DNA of 48,524 bases from Octopus bimaculoides (Eukaryota): contig NC_068984.1 in NCBI RefSeq assembly GCF_001194135.2, forward strand, positions 86,768,708 through 86,817,231, read 5' to 3'. A program made the position numbers and the translations under genes. Shown in pieces: positions 12,153 to 23,468 of the stretch; positions within the stretch are counted from its first letter, which is position 1; every line of letters starts with the position of its first letter. The notes beneath the pieces were generated by a model. The model did no database searches and was not told where the DNA came from. It saw only the letters and a program-made list of their open reading frames with translations.

Positions 12153-12269
12153 GATTTAACCCTTTTACTATGGAAAGCGGATATATCCAGTCAAAATTTC
12201 ATTATCCTACCCTTAATTGCACAAAGTAGTTTGAAATCTTTTACCGTTATATTTTTTACTAGTTTCAAT

Positions 12270-13325
12270 TATTAGACTGTGGCCATTTTGGGGAACCGCC
12301 TTGAAAAATTTTTAATTGAATTGAATCAACCCCAAGACTAATTTTCGGATCTTTTTTAAAACGGGGGCCACATTTTTCATTAACGAANNNNNNNNNNNNN
12401 NNNNNNNNNNNNNNNNNNNNNNNNNNNNNNNNNNNNNNNNNNNNNNNNNNNNNNNNNNNNNNNNNNNNNNNNNNNNNNNNNNNNNNNNNNNNNNNNNNNN
12501 NNNNNNNNNNNNNNNNNNNNNNNNNNNNNNNNNNNNNNNNNNNNNNNNNNNNNNNNNNNNNNNNNNNNNNNNNNNNNNNNNNNNNNNNNNNNNNNNNNNN
12601 NNNNNNNNNNNNNNTTCTGTAATTTCAACCAATCACTGACGTCCATTCAGCCAATATACATTAAGCGCCGACTACATAAACAAACGATTCTGAAACAATT
12701 AACCCTAACCCTAACCCTAGGGTTAGGGTTAGGGTTAGGGTTAAAGCAAATTTAAAATGAAAAAAGCAAATAAAACGAAGAATCGTTTGTTTATGTAGTC
12801 GGCACTTTAATGTATATCGGCTGAATGGACGTCAGTGATTGGTTGAAATTATCGAAATAAGACAATTTTTTACATGAAATAAATTCGAATACAAAAATAT
12901 TTTTCTGTTCTATAACACAAAATAGATAAGTATACGAAGTTTGAAAGTCTTTCGGTACCAAAAACACTACGTAAAACATTAATGAAAAATGTGGCCCCCG
13001 TTTTAAAAAAGATCCTAATTTTCTTAAGCCTGGTACTTATTGTTCTCTTTTGCTGAACAATTAAGTTATGGGGACATAAACACACCAACACTGGTTGCCA
13101 AGTAGAGGTGCTAGACAAACACAGACACAAAGACACGCACACAAGATATATATATATATATATGACAAGGTGTTTTCAATTTCTGTCAATCAAATTCACT
13201 CACAAAGCTTTGGTCTGCCCATGGCTATAGTAGAAGACACTTGCCCAAGGTGCCACACAGAGGGAGTGAACCTGGAACCATGTGGTTGGGAAGCAAGCTT
13301 CTTACCACACAGTCATGCCTGCACC
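12270..13325 (-). mobile_element. SINE family B split by a foldback insertion
   Basis: 3' part at 12270-12340 (ttagactgtggccattttgggg...aatcaacccc); sequence resumes at 13025 (aagcctggtacttatt...) and continues to the tRNA-like head near 13320. Confidence 0.75.
12347..13015. mobile_element. Palindromic foldback element with central inverted telomeric repeats
   Basis: 12347-12383 is the exact reverse complement of 12979-13015; 12620-12691 pairs with 12779-12851 (about 3 differences); centre 12699-12744 is (AACCCT)3(AGGGTT)4. An assembly gap covers part of the left arm. Confidence 0.85.
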
Positions 13326-13552
13326 TATATTATATACCAATATATTTTTTGTTGTGGAATGTCTCATGTTTGAAACTACTTTTGTTGCAAAAGTCAAGTT
13401 TATTGAGGAAATGGGACTTGTATGAAAAAAAAAAAAATCTTTTAGATATTTAACATCATTATTGAGAATAACCATGAAATTTAGTTTTGCAGTAAAAGAA
13501 TTAATGATTATTAAAATAAGAGAACACAATCACAATTAAAATAAAATCTTAC

Positions 13553-13631
13553 CTTTGTAATCATTATATGTTCCATAAGCAAAAAGGTTAAAGAGTCGAA
13601 AATAAGGGGCTGTTTGTTCATCATGTTCCAG
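13553..13631 (-). CDS. COPS7: COP9 signalosome subunit 7, coding exon 2
   Basis: tcgaatag|LEHDEQTAPYFRLFNLFAYGTYNDYK+G|gtaaga; 79 nt; LxNLFAYGTYxDY is a CSN7 signature. Confidence 0.97.
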
Positions 13632-13929
13632 CTATTCGAAAAATACATAAACAAAACAATTAATTTAATCATATCAAACTGAACAGAATAACATCTACAT
13701 AATCATCATTGCTTTTAAAGTCCATTTTCTATGGCCTGATGCCGTTCCTGTCGTCAACCTTCACCCGTTTCCAAGTATGGTAACATTTCTCCATGATTAG
13801 ACATGTTTTTATGGAAGACTGGAGATGAAGGAACACCAATTGCTTGATGGTGATACTCATTTACAGCAATCATGCAATGTCAAGGCAAGGACACAGTAAA
13901 ACAAACACACACAGACACACACATATATA

Positions 13930-14292
13930 TTGTTGGCACTCCGTCGCTTACGACGTTGAGGGTTCCAGTTGATTCGATCAATGGAACAGCCTGCTCGTGA
14001 AATTGACGTGCAAATGGTTGAGCACTCCACAGACATGTGTACCCTTAACGTAGTTCTCGGGGATATTCAGCGTGACACAATGTGTGACAAGGCTGACCCT
14101 TTGAATTACAGGCACAACAGAAGCAGGAAGAAAGAGTGAGAGAAAGTTGTGGTGGAAGAGTACAGCAGGGTTCGCCACCATCCCCTGCCAGAGCCTCGTG
14201 GAGCTTTAGGTATTTTCGCTCAATAAACACTCACAACGCCCGGCCTGGGAATCGAAACCACGATCCTGTGACTGCGAGTCTGCTGCCCTAAC
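13930..14292 (-). mobile_element. tRNA-derived SINE family C, copy 2
   Basis: Colinear with 1563-1915. Confidence 0.88.
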
Positions 14293-14388
14293 CATATCAT
14301 ATATATATACGTGTATATATATATATATATATATANNNNNNNNNNNNNNNNNNNNNNNNNNNNNNNNNNNNNNNNNNNNNNNNNNNNC

Positions 14389-14580
14389 ATGTAAACTGTT
14401 GTCAATTTTTTTCCTCCTTCTTCCTTTTCTTTTGGACTTTCCTGTCTCCTGTTTCCGAAGAAGAGCTTTGTTTGAAACAATCACTCTTTCTTTCCTTCTC
14501 TGAGCGTCCTATTAATACTTTGCATGTACCATGTCCTCGCATTGTGGTTTTTTTCTTGTCTTCTTTTCTCTGTATTCTGA

Positions 14581-14586
<6 letters not shown>
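14389..14586 (+). mobile_element. Penelope-like terminal-repeat remnant between (TA)n tracts, with hammerhead-like motif
   Basis: ccgaaga-a-gagc-ttt-gttt-gaaac at 14455-14478, followed by ctgagcgt...taatac, similar to the minus-strand element at 34390-34520. Confidence 0.55.
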
Positions 14587-14625
<39 letters not shown>

Positions 14626-14754
14626 TATGCCATGCTGCCACATCTAACAGGCCCAACCAATCACACAGATGTTCCTTTGACATAGCACAATGAGTAAATT
14701 GCAATTAAGTTACTTAGAAGATCTGGTAGATATACATGACAGTCTTCTTTCAGT

Positions 14755-14900
14755 TTCAGTCTACAAGCTCCACTCACAAGGCTTTGGTTGAACTAGGGCA
14801 TATAGCAGAAGATACTTGCTCAAGGTGCCAGTAGTGTCAACTGAAACCAGAACCATGTGGTTGGGAAGCAAACTTCTTAACCATGTAGCCACACCTACAG
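14755..14900 (-). mobile_element. SINE family B, partial
   Basis: ccactcacaaggctttggt...gatacttgctcaaggtgcca...aaccatgtggttgggaagcaaacttctta. Confidence 0.8.
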
Positions 14901-14976
14901 GAAGTGTAAAAAAAACAAAACAAAACAAAAAACATATCTTCAAAGAGAGCAAATACAAATGTATTTCAGGTTTTAC

Positions 14977-15132
14977 CTGTTGGATGTTGGGTGAATCAAG
15001 GAGTTCTCCAAATACAAATATCCCTGGGTGATCTAAAACCTGTTGTATAAGTTTGACAGCTTCTTCACCTTTCACTGTATTGGCCTTTTCTATAAATCCT
15101 TCCAGGCGGTTGACTAATGTTTTTTCTGTCAT
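14977..15132 (-). CDS. COPS7: COP9 signalosome subunit 7, first coding exon
   Basis: MTEKTLVNRLEGFIEKANTVKGEEAVKLIQQVLDHPGIFVFGELLDSPNIQQ|gtaaaa; LIxQVLxxPGxxVFGELLDxPN is the CSN7 N-terminus. An acceptor (tttctcttaatag) immediately before 15145 implies an upstream exon. Confidence 0.97.
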
Positions 15133-15418
15133 ATTGTTTAAATCACTATTAAGAGAAATATTTAATAATGAAAACAAACATTAAAGACAAATGGCTTTTA
15201 AAATTTGTATTTCTTTTAAGAGTTCTGAACTATAACCAGAGTAACTTACTGTAAAACTATGTAACCCTTTTGATACTGTCTTGGGCTTATTAAGCCCAAG
15301 ACAGCCCCTAGTGCTAGGATATAAACTCCTTATTACATACTGATTTAATTTAAAATCTTCCATTAAAGTTTCATATCAATTTGCATACCAAACAGAAAAT
15401 TTCTGATGACAGTTAAAT

Positions 15419-15731
15419 TAGTGATTCTCAACCATTTTTTATCTATGGACCTCTTTGATTACTATTTTATTTGGGTAGACCCCCATACCCATTCAATGTT
15501 TAAAAACCAGTTTTATAGATATTTCTTTCAGAATTCCTAGTTTGTTTATCACATATTCATTTATGAAGGCTGAATTACGTAAAACATCAGAAAAATAAAT
15601 CTGTTTCTTGCAATAAATACATCTAAAGCAAAAGTTTTCCATGGCCCCAATTTACTATTTTGCTTGTGTGGACCCTACACAATCTTATATGGACTACAAG
15701 GGGTCATAGGAGCCCTGGTTGAGAACCACTA
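15419..15731. mobile_element. hAT-type MITE
   Basis: TIRs tagtgattctcaacca / tggttgagaaccacta; 8-bp TSD agttaaat / ggttaaat (7/8 match). Confidence 0.85.
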
Positions 15732-15834
15732 GGTTAAATAAATAACCCATCAGGCTGATCAGCAGACATACAACAGTCACCAGCTCATAGATGAGCAGTT
15801 TCTTCTTTGTCTGTTCAACTAATATTACATCATC

Positions 15835-16035
15835 TAAGGTGGCACGCTGGCATTAGCACACCAGGAAAATGCTTAGTGGCATTTCACCCATGTTTACATT
15901 CTGAGTTCAAATTCTGCCAGGGTTGACTTTGCCTTTCATCCTTTTGGGATCAATAAAATAAGTACAAGTTGAACACTGGGGCTGATGTAATCAACGTAAT
16001 CTCTCCTCCAAACTTGTGCCAAAATTTGAAACCAA
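15835..16035 (+). mobile_element. SINE family D, degraded
   Basis: ctgagttcaaattctgccagggttgactttgcctttcatcc core. Confidence 0.75.
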
Positions 16036-19000
16036 TATTCTAACACCATCTGTTTTTAGCTGGCAACATGATTCCTGTACCAATGCACATCCAACACACC
16101 TGGCTTTCCTACCTTGTTACCACTGTTGTATTTTACCACCCACATTTTACACTGAACACTTTCTAAATTCCTCCTCCTCAGATACTGATTTAACAGATGT
16201 CACACTGCATCAATCTCAACAGTCTGAGAAGGCCTTTAGGGTCACGAGCAGTATTTCTCTTATGACTGACTTTTTTTTTTTTTAATGTAACAATTAGAAC
16301 AAATAGCAGAAGCATAAATAACAATTGATAGGTAAATGACGACAACTAATCTCCTTATTTTAGAGATTGAATGGATAAACTTTAGTTTTCAATAATCTAT
16401 CTAGCACCATTGTCTTAAATGAAAGAAACAAATAAGAACAGGAGTACATTGATGCAACATACAAAGTCTGCTTAAAGGTTAAACAATATCTCAGTCTCAA
16501 TACTGAAAGTAATTTGAATAGTAGAACGTATGCCAAATTATAAGAGTCAGAACATAGACATTCTTATCAGTTATTTTGAATTTTAGAATCACACAAAGTA
16601 GATTGTTGAAATTTGTAAACAATAAAAATACAGGCACGTTTTATAAATGATGAAAGAGCCTTTATAAATAGTTTGTGAAACAAAATGCCAAAGTATCTAA
16701 ATATATAGATTGCAAAGTCCAATATAGAAAACAAATGGAGACATATTGTCTGACTGTCATGGCTTCCAGAGACAGCACGCCAAAAGTTGATTTTAATAGA
16801 AAAAACAAGGAGATAAATACATAATGTTAAAATGTAATATGATTGGGCATACAGTTAGAAAGCCTACACATAATAACCATATGTAATGCAACTGAAGGGA
16901 AAAAAAGACAATAGACAACTAATCAGCCACAAAGCAACATCCGATTGAATTTAGATACATAATGAAGATAATTTTTAAAGCTTAAAATGATTCCAGACTG
17001 TAAAATACATATTTTAGAATCCTTATATAGCAACAGAGTGCAAGCAATAAAAATAGCTAACATTTCATTGCAGTTCAGTAAACAAGAGTCTCATTATGAA
17101 TATTCATCGCAAAACAACTTGTGTGTTTCATTGAAAAGAGATGAGTCTAGCTGACAGTGTGCAAACAACATGCTCTCTTATAAAACAAACATTGGTTATT
17201 TTTGCATCTGCACAATAATGCTATTGAAAGATTTTTGCCCTAACCTCAACTGCCAGTGCTGCATTTTCAGTAACAAATGCATGTATGCATTCATTTTACA
17301 ATATCAGCCATCATAGAATGCTACTTTATATATCAAAATCCATGTAAAATCTACTCAGAAGTAACAAAGAGTAAAAACATTGAGATAATTTATGCTTGAA
17401 CTGGCATTAGAAAAAAAAAACTGTTTCATATTTATGAAAGGTAATTGTACGAGTTATATACTAAGTATAATCAAAGGACAATAACCAAATATGATACTTT
17501 AACATATTTACATATCCACCTCCCTGCCCACCTCTCTCTTTCTCTCTTTTCATCATAGTCCAAGACACATGGTTTGACTAGGTTTGATTCAAAATGTTGA
17601 AAGAAGAAAAGAAGAAACACCAAATATAGGTTGCAAGCTAAGAACTTCATTTAATTTTGACTTTTTTTTTCCTGCTGTTTTTGCAGATTCCCATGACTCT
17701 GCTGTCATCCAATTCCATTTTTATGAATTTGAATTGGGAGCTTGAATCTTAGTGAATCTTTCATTAGCTGATTACACAACCATAGATGCCATCCCTATGG
17801 AGGTGTTGCAGTTACTCTCTCGATAGAGCTTTGTAATCCTGACTGTTGATATTCTAGGATTCCTCTGCTCAGCATCAATGTAAGAAGCACTTTTGGCTCA
17901 GCTGAGTTCTGCTACCTCTTCACAATCCACCATGCTGCAGTCCCATGACTTCACTGTATCCCTGGCAGGGTGACTAAACAGGTGCTATACCTTGCCAAAG
18001 GGCAGCTTGTAACTATGCAAGGTACAGTCATCACTCCCATGTAATATTTTCAAAATATCTGCATACCCTAATTTTGACTTTAAATATATCTCTCATTCCA
18101 TTCCTTAATATCCTTTTGTATGGAAACAAGTTGGTGCAAATGACTGACACATTCACACTGCCTAACTTTAGAACATTGTCCCAGTTACGATCAGCAAACT
18201 GGGTCTGCCACCACTACAATACCTCCCCCTGGATAACTAAATGCCCACCCTTTTATAGTTTCCAACTACTACTAACTGGATACATTATACCTCTTTGACT
18301 TAGCCCTTCAGTAAGGGTAATCAAAGATGGCATCCTGAGTAGTGAAGACAGCCTATCAAGAAAGCCAGACAGTCTGAACGAGTTGGGAAGTATATGAAAG
18401 GAGTTCCATCCTATTCATACAATGGAGACAGAAACATCAGCACAAGATACACAGAGAGAGAGAGAGCTACCTATCTAGATGACAGGAAGGAATAAATAGA
18501 GGAAACATGGACTCCACAAACCATAAAGAAATCATGTCAAAAAACATGAGATTTATAACAAAGTTGGCCAGTTTTTTTTCTTTTGGTTGCACCATGTGTC
18601 TTAGATGATAAAGAATTGTGATAAGAATTGAGACCTAACCAATGCCAAAATGAAAAAGAGAACATGAAAGGATAATGATTTCTATACCAATAGAGATTTG
18701 AAAGTATTTCAAATTCAGTTGTTATTTGAACTGATTAGAGATATTTCTACAACTAAATGTTATTTCTAATACTCAAACACAATATTAAGCATTGTTCATT
18801 TTTCAACCAAATTCTCAAAGATGTGTAAAAATATTGTTACTTATCCAAAAAAATGTAAACAAAAGACATAAAAATCAGTCATCAAACACATGGTACTCAT
18901 CATCACCATTTAGTGTCTACTTTCCATGCTGGCATGGGTTAGATGGTTTTACTGAAACTGGTAAGCTGGAGAGCTGCACCAGATTCCAATCTGATTTGGT

Positions 19001-19524
19001 ATGGTTTCTACAGCTTGATGCTCTTCCTGATGTCAACCACTCCAAGAGTGTAATGGGTGCTTTTTACATGCCAGTTACATGACACTGGCATTGGCCACAA
19101 CTACAATTTGATTTGGCTTGACGAGTCTTCTCAAGCACTATATATTCTTTTACATAAAACTAATATCCTTTGCTGCTTTAATCCTTTAGCATTTAAACCA
19201 ACCATATCAAGCCCAAATATTCTATGTGATTTATGTTCAAACAGGACAGATCTGATCTCTCACTTCTACTCTACAGTATCATTCTGGAAAATAAATAATC
19301 ATATCATCGAAATCTGAAAGCAACAAGATAAGGCATGCTTAATTAAAAACAAAGTGAATAAAAAAGTATGATAAAGCAATTTGATAAAGCAACTTGATAA
19401 AGCAATTTGAAGGCTAAAGAGTTAATCGATGAGAGAAAGGGGGCGTAATAAATGATACGTGTAGAGATATACATTAACTTCTATTTTTGCAGAGTTTTTT
19501 GATTACTGTTCCAAGAAGACCAAG

Positions 19525-19720
19525 TTTCCAACTTCTCATGGGTGTTATATTCCAAAGCCCTCCGCCATAGGTAAAAATCCGCAAAGTAGAAACAGTACTG
19601 TACTGTATATTTTTTTAATTTTTTATAATTTGTATATATTTATTTTATTATAAATGCAAAACAACACCACAGAGGAAATGATGTAAGCTTAAATAATAAA
19701 CCACAATATGGTGAGGCATT
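19525..19720 (+). mobile_element. Tigger/pogo-like MITE fragment
   Basis: ggtgttatattccaaagccctccgccataggtaaaaatccgcaaagtagaaac resembles Tigger-type subterminal sequence (pattern recognition only). Confidence 0.4.
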
Positions 19721-22700
19721 ATTGTACAAATAAACTTAGATTTATCCTGTTTTATAGAATAATTCCATAATGAACTAAAATGGTCATCAAGTTTATGTGA
19801 TATTGTTAAGGCAATTAAAGACACAATGCATTGATGTAAAATTTTTAGTTTTCTAAATGATACACAAAATGTGCTATGTTGGTTTGAAAGTCAAAATCAA
19901 TTTAGACAAAACTGAGGGCCTTTTAATCTTTTGCTTGGGAAATCTGTCCTGTATCTCACATGCGATACACAGGACAGACTTTCATGGTGTCCATCTATTG
20001 TATATGATATACATTTCCAATTTTTTTTCCAACCACCAGAGTAACCTGGGACTTGTGAAAGGAAAGTTTATATTTACTCAGAACAAATGAAACAAGGTCT
20101 AACTGAACGACTGAAAGTAAGAATGGACTTGTGAAAATGCTTTGGACAGGCAAAAGGATTAAGAATGAGTAAAAATATTTGAATTGCAAACCAAGATAGT
20201 AAAAACTAAAACTAAGAAACTATGCTCAAAAGCAATGTATTGAGTCTAATAATAGACTACATTTGAAGAGCTAACATATTCGATCCTTATCAAGGTGGGA
20301 TAACAGAGTTAATGAAAGATGGATTGTAAGAGTTCATCTTTCCTTCTGGATTTTCAGAAGTATTTTGGCCAATGTCTCAGTAGTTCTTTAAATATTTATG
20401 TGTATGGTGTGGAGATGATAGATTTACTCTTCATTTCTTCAAGATCAATAAGCTATCAACCAATAGTATATGCAAGCCTCAACAGCTGTGGTTCTAAACC
20501 CTTTTAATATCCAGACAAGATCAAAACCTTGATTTTTTTAGGGGCTGCACAAAAATAAATAAAATACAAGTCAATTACAGAGAAATGTATTATATTTCTA
20601 GAAAGACTGTCAGGGCCCCCAGAAGAATGATTGAACCACTGCTTTACATGGTCACCCAAACTGTTAGAAATGGCAGTCAAGTCACATCTTACTGCCTTAT
20701 AAAAAAAAGACATTGAAAAATGTAGTCCTTGATACATTATGTCTGAAACAAGATGAAATGGTCATTGCTGGAACACCTTTGATAATATATATGCTCAATC
20801 AGGTTGATTTGGGGGTTTAAGAGCAACATATCAGTTGATTCAGTTATATTTCTAAAACATTCTTGTCATTAACTACCACTGGATTTCCAAAAGAAACAGC
20901 CATACCCAAAATTACTGTTGAAATTTGAGTACAGACACAGAATTAATTTCCATAAGAGGAATAATAAATGAAAATCCTTTTACTCTGATGTAAAAAAAAA
21001 TCATATTGGCTGATTATAGTTTGCACAAATAAACTTCAACATTCTATGACTGGCATATCCGAGTCGGTGCAGTTTACAACATTTCAGCCCTGGTCAAAAC
21101 TATGTATGTTGTAAATTCATACTTCTGTTTCTATTTTCACGTAGAGTGCATCCAAAAGCGCAGCATTCTTCTTTTAAGTCGACAGGGTGTAAATATAAAG
21201 ATTTGACGCCTCCTCTAACATAATGTTGACGTTATAAACTGAATATCTAGCGTAATAGATTTTTCTCGTTCAGCAGTATTTTTTTTCTTTTCCTTAATCA
21301 GCCAGATTGTAACATTAAACAGAAGTTAAACATATTGTAGATTCAATATATAATATCAACGAGAGACCAATATGAAACATTGTTTATAAGCAACGGTTAA
21401 AGGAGAGTCAGAGACATAAAAAAAAAGAACTAAATTAGACTGATGTTTAAAGAACCTGTCATTGCCTTAAGTATCAAATGATGGATTAAAATTGTCCAAA
21501 CTTTAACGGCCAGTGGTGGAAACGAGTGCTTCTTTGAACGATATTTTAATGTAAAACATAATCATATTAAGGTTCAAATATTTACATAATTTCGAACCAG
21601 TGTAGTTATCAATTAAATAGACAGAGTATGTATGCATAATATATATATATATATATANNNNNNNNNNATGTATGTATGTATGTATGTATGTATACATACA
21701 CAGCGGACAAAAGATAAGTTCAAGAACAAATGATACGAAAGAACTACAATGGACCAGAAAGAGTTAGGTGGATGGTACAGCATTTAAAGGGACATAACTA
21801 ATGAATCTTTTACAATATTAATTCTTACCCACCGTTTCTTGTATTTTATTTATTTATAATGATTAGTTTGAACAGATTTTTATCACCTGCAAGTAAATAA
21901 ATTCAAATTGCATATTTATGTTACTATATCAAGAGTATTAAAAATTACGTTTCTCGTCATTATATCCGAAAACCTGTGACAAATTCTTGAACCCCGACTA
22001 CACAATCACACCATGCCAAATACATATGTTGCTAACAATGATAGTGCATCACCTAAAGTTTCTGGCATCATTCAGCTGTCATGACTCCAATATTAACGGG
22101 AAAAAAAAAACATTGTTGAAGTCAGCAATTAAATGTTCAGGAAATAAGAATCTTTTGAAGTGGAACATTATCTATTTTCAGTGAAGTGAAACGAACTGGA
22201 AACGTCCCATATGTGTGTGTGTGTATATGTATGTATGTATATATGTGTTGAAACTCCTGTAATAATGATACATTAACGCACTAATACATATTATAAGTGA
22301 AACAATAGCAGATTATTAAAATTTGTGGTTATCTCAAACTGAAAGTATCAAGAAAGATATTTATTGCACTGAAATATTCCAGAAAACTTTGTAGAATTAA
22401 TGAAGCTTTATTGGGGGACTCACCCGCAACNNNNNNNNNNNNCAATACATCTGGGATGCGAACTACCAGTAAAACAATGCCACGACTCGATTTCAACTCC
22501 CGATAAAAATATTAAGGTGTTTCCGTGTTTGGTATGAATGTCATTACTATCTTTTCGCTACCCCTATTATATCCGAATTTTATGCATATGAGAAATTGAT
22601 TATTTTGGAGTTCTTAGATTTTTCTAAATATCGATCTTTTAATTAAAGATCTTCTAATTACAATCTACAAAATAACATACGAGAAATGTTTAAAAACAAT

Positions 22701-23001
22701 GATATTTTGTTAAATTACAAAAGATATAATTACAGCAAATTAACTTTTCGACTTCTTAGCCAAAACATTGTTATTCCTTGACAAAAGCTGTATCATTATT
22801 CAGCTGTATCCTTCATCGCTAATGAAGTCCAGCAGCTTTCTGCCCCCAAAATAGGATTAATTAATTCACGTCATCTAACAGATGATGCGATAAATCTGGA
22901 AAGAAAAATATTTTGTAGTCTCAATACAAAACTTACTCAATAAAAACTTAGTAAACAATCGGAAAATTGCCGATACTTGAAGCTGATTCTGAGGTACTCA
23001 C

Positions 23002-23055
23002 TTCCGCTGTGATTTTTCGTTTTGACAGTGTAGCACTGCTGAAGCAATCGCTATT
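23002..23055 (-). promoter_or_regulatory. COPS7: Probable non-coding first exon and promoter of COPS7
   Basis: Strong donor GAA|gtgagt at 23002/23001; ETS-like accggaaat at about 23053-23061; local CpG retention; no ATG. The link to the 15145 acceptor is inferred. Confidence 0.5.
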
Positions 23056-23468
23056 TCCGGTTTCACAGTCTCAAACCACTTTTTACATAATAGCAAGTTT
23101 CTGAATTACTTCCCTTATTTCGATCTAATGCGGGATATTCTACGTGTTCATTGGACCTGCTAGAAATAACAGCCAAATCTCACACAAACCACTCCCTCCT
23201 GTGTAAAAAAAAAAAATATATATATATAAATAAAATAAAAATAGACGTTCGCATTGGATAAGTTCACATGCAGTTTCTTTTGTACAAAAAGACGGGATGG
23301 CCTTTGATAATACGTCTGCTGAAATTTCTCTGCCTAAAAAGTAGGAAGTTCACATTGGATAAAGCAGTCTCTGTTGTACAGAAAAAAAAAAGATGATCAC
23401 TGCTTGACCGCCTTTGATCATATGTCTGTTAACCTGGGGTTAAACAACAACAATTTCCATTATTTGCC

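Noticed and set aside
12699-12744. Ancestral chromosome end-to-end fusion site
   Set aside because: The telomeric palindrome is tiny and enclosed in the inverted arms of an element inserted in an intronic SINE. A mobile element explains it better.
15133-15177. N-terminal extension MFSLLNISLNSDLNN of the COPS7 ORF
   Set aside because: It runs through a polypyrimidine tract and AG acceptor at 15146-15147, so it is most likely intronic.
19492-19570. Plus-strand exon-like segment (FFDYCSKKTKFPTSHGCYIPKPSAI) with AG/GT ends
   Set aside because: Its 3' half overlaps a Tigger-like MITE sequence, and chaining it to 21145 and 22802 gave no recognisable protein.
21125-21225. Minus-strand frame YVRGGVKSLYLHPVDLKEECCAFGCTLRE resembling an insulin A-chain (or a THAP start)
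   Set aside because: There is an in-frame TAA just upstream, no terminal A-chain cysteine, no B-chain and no convincing acceptor. Probably chance.
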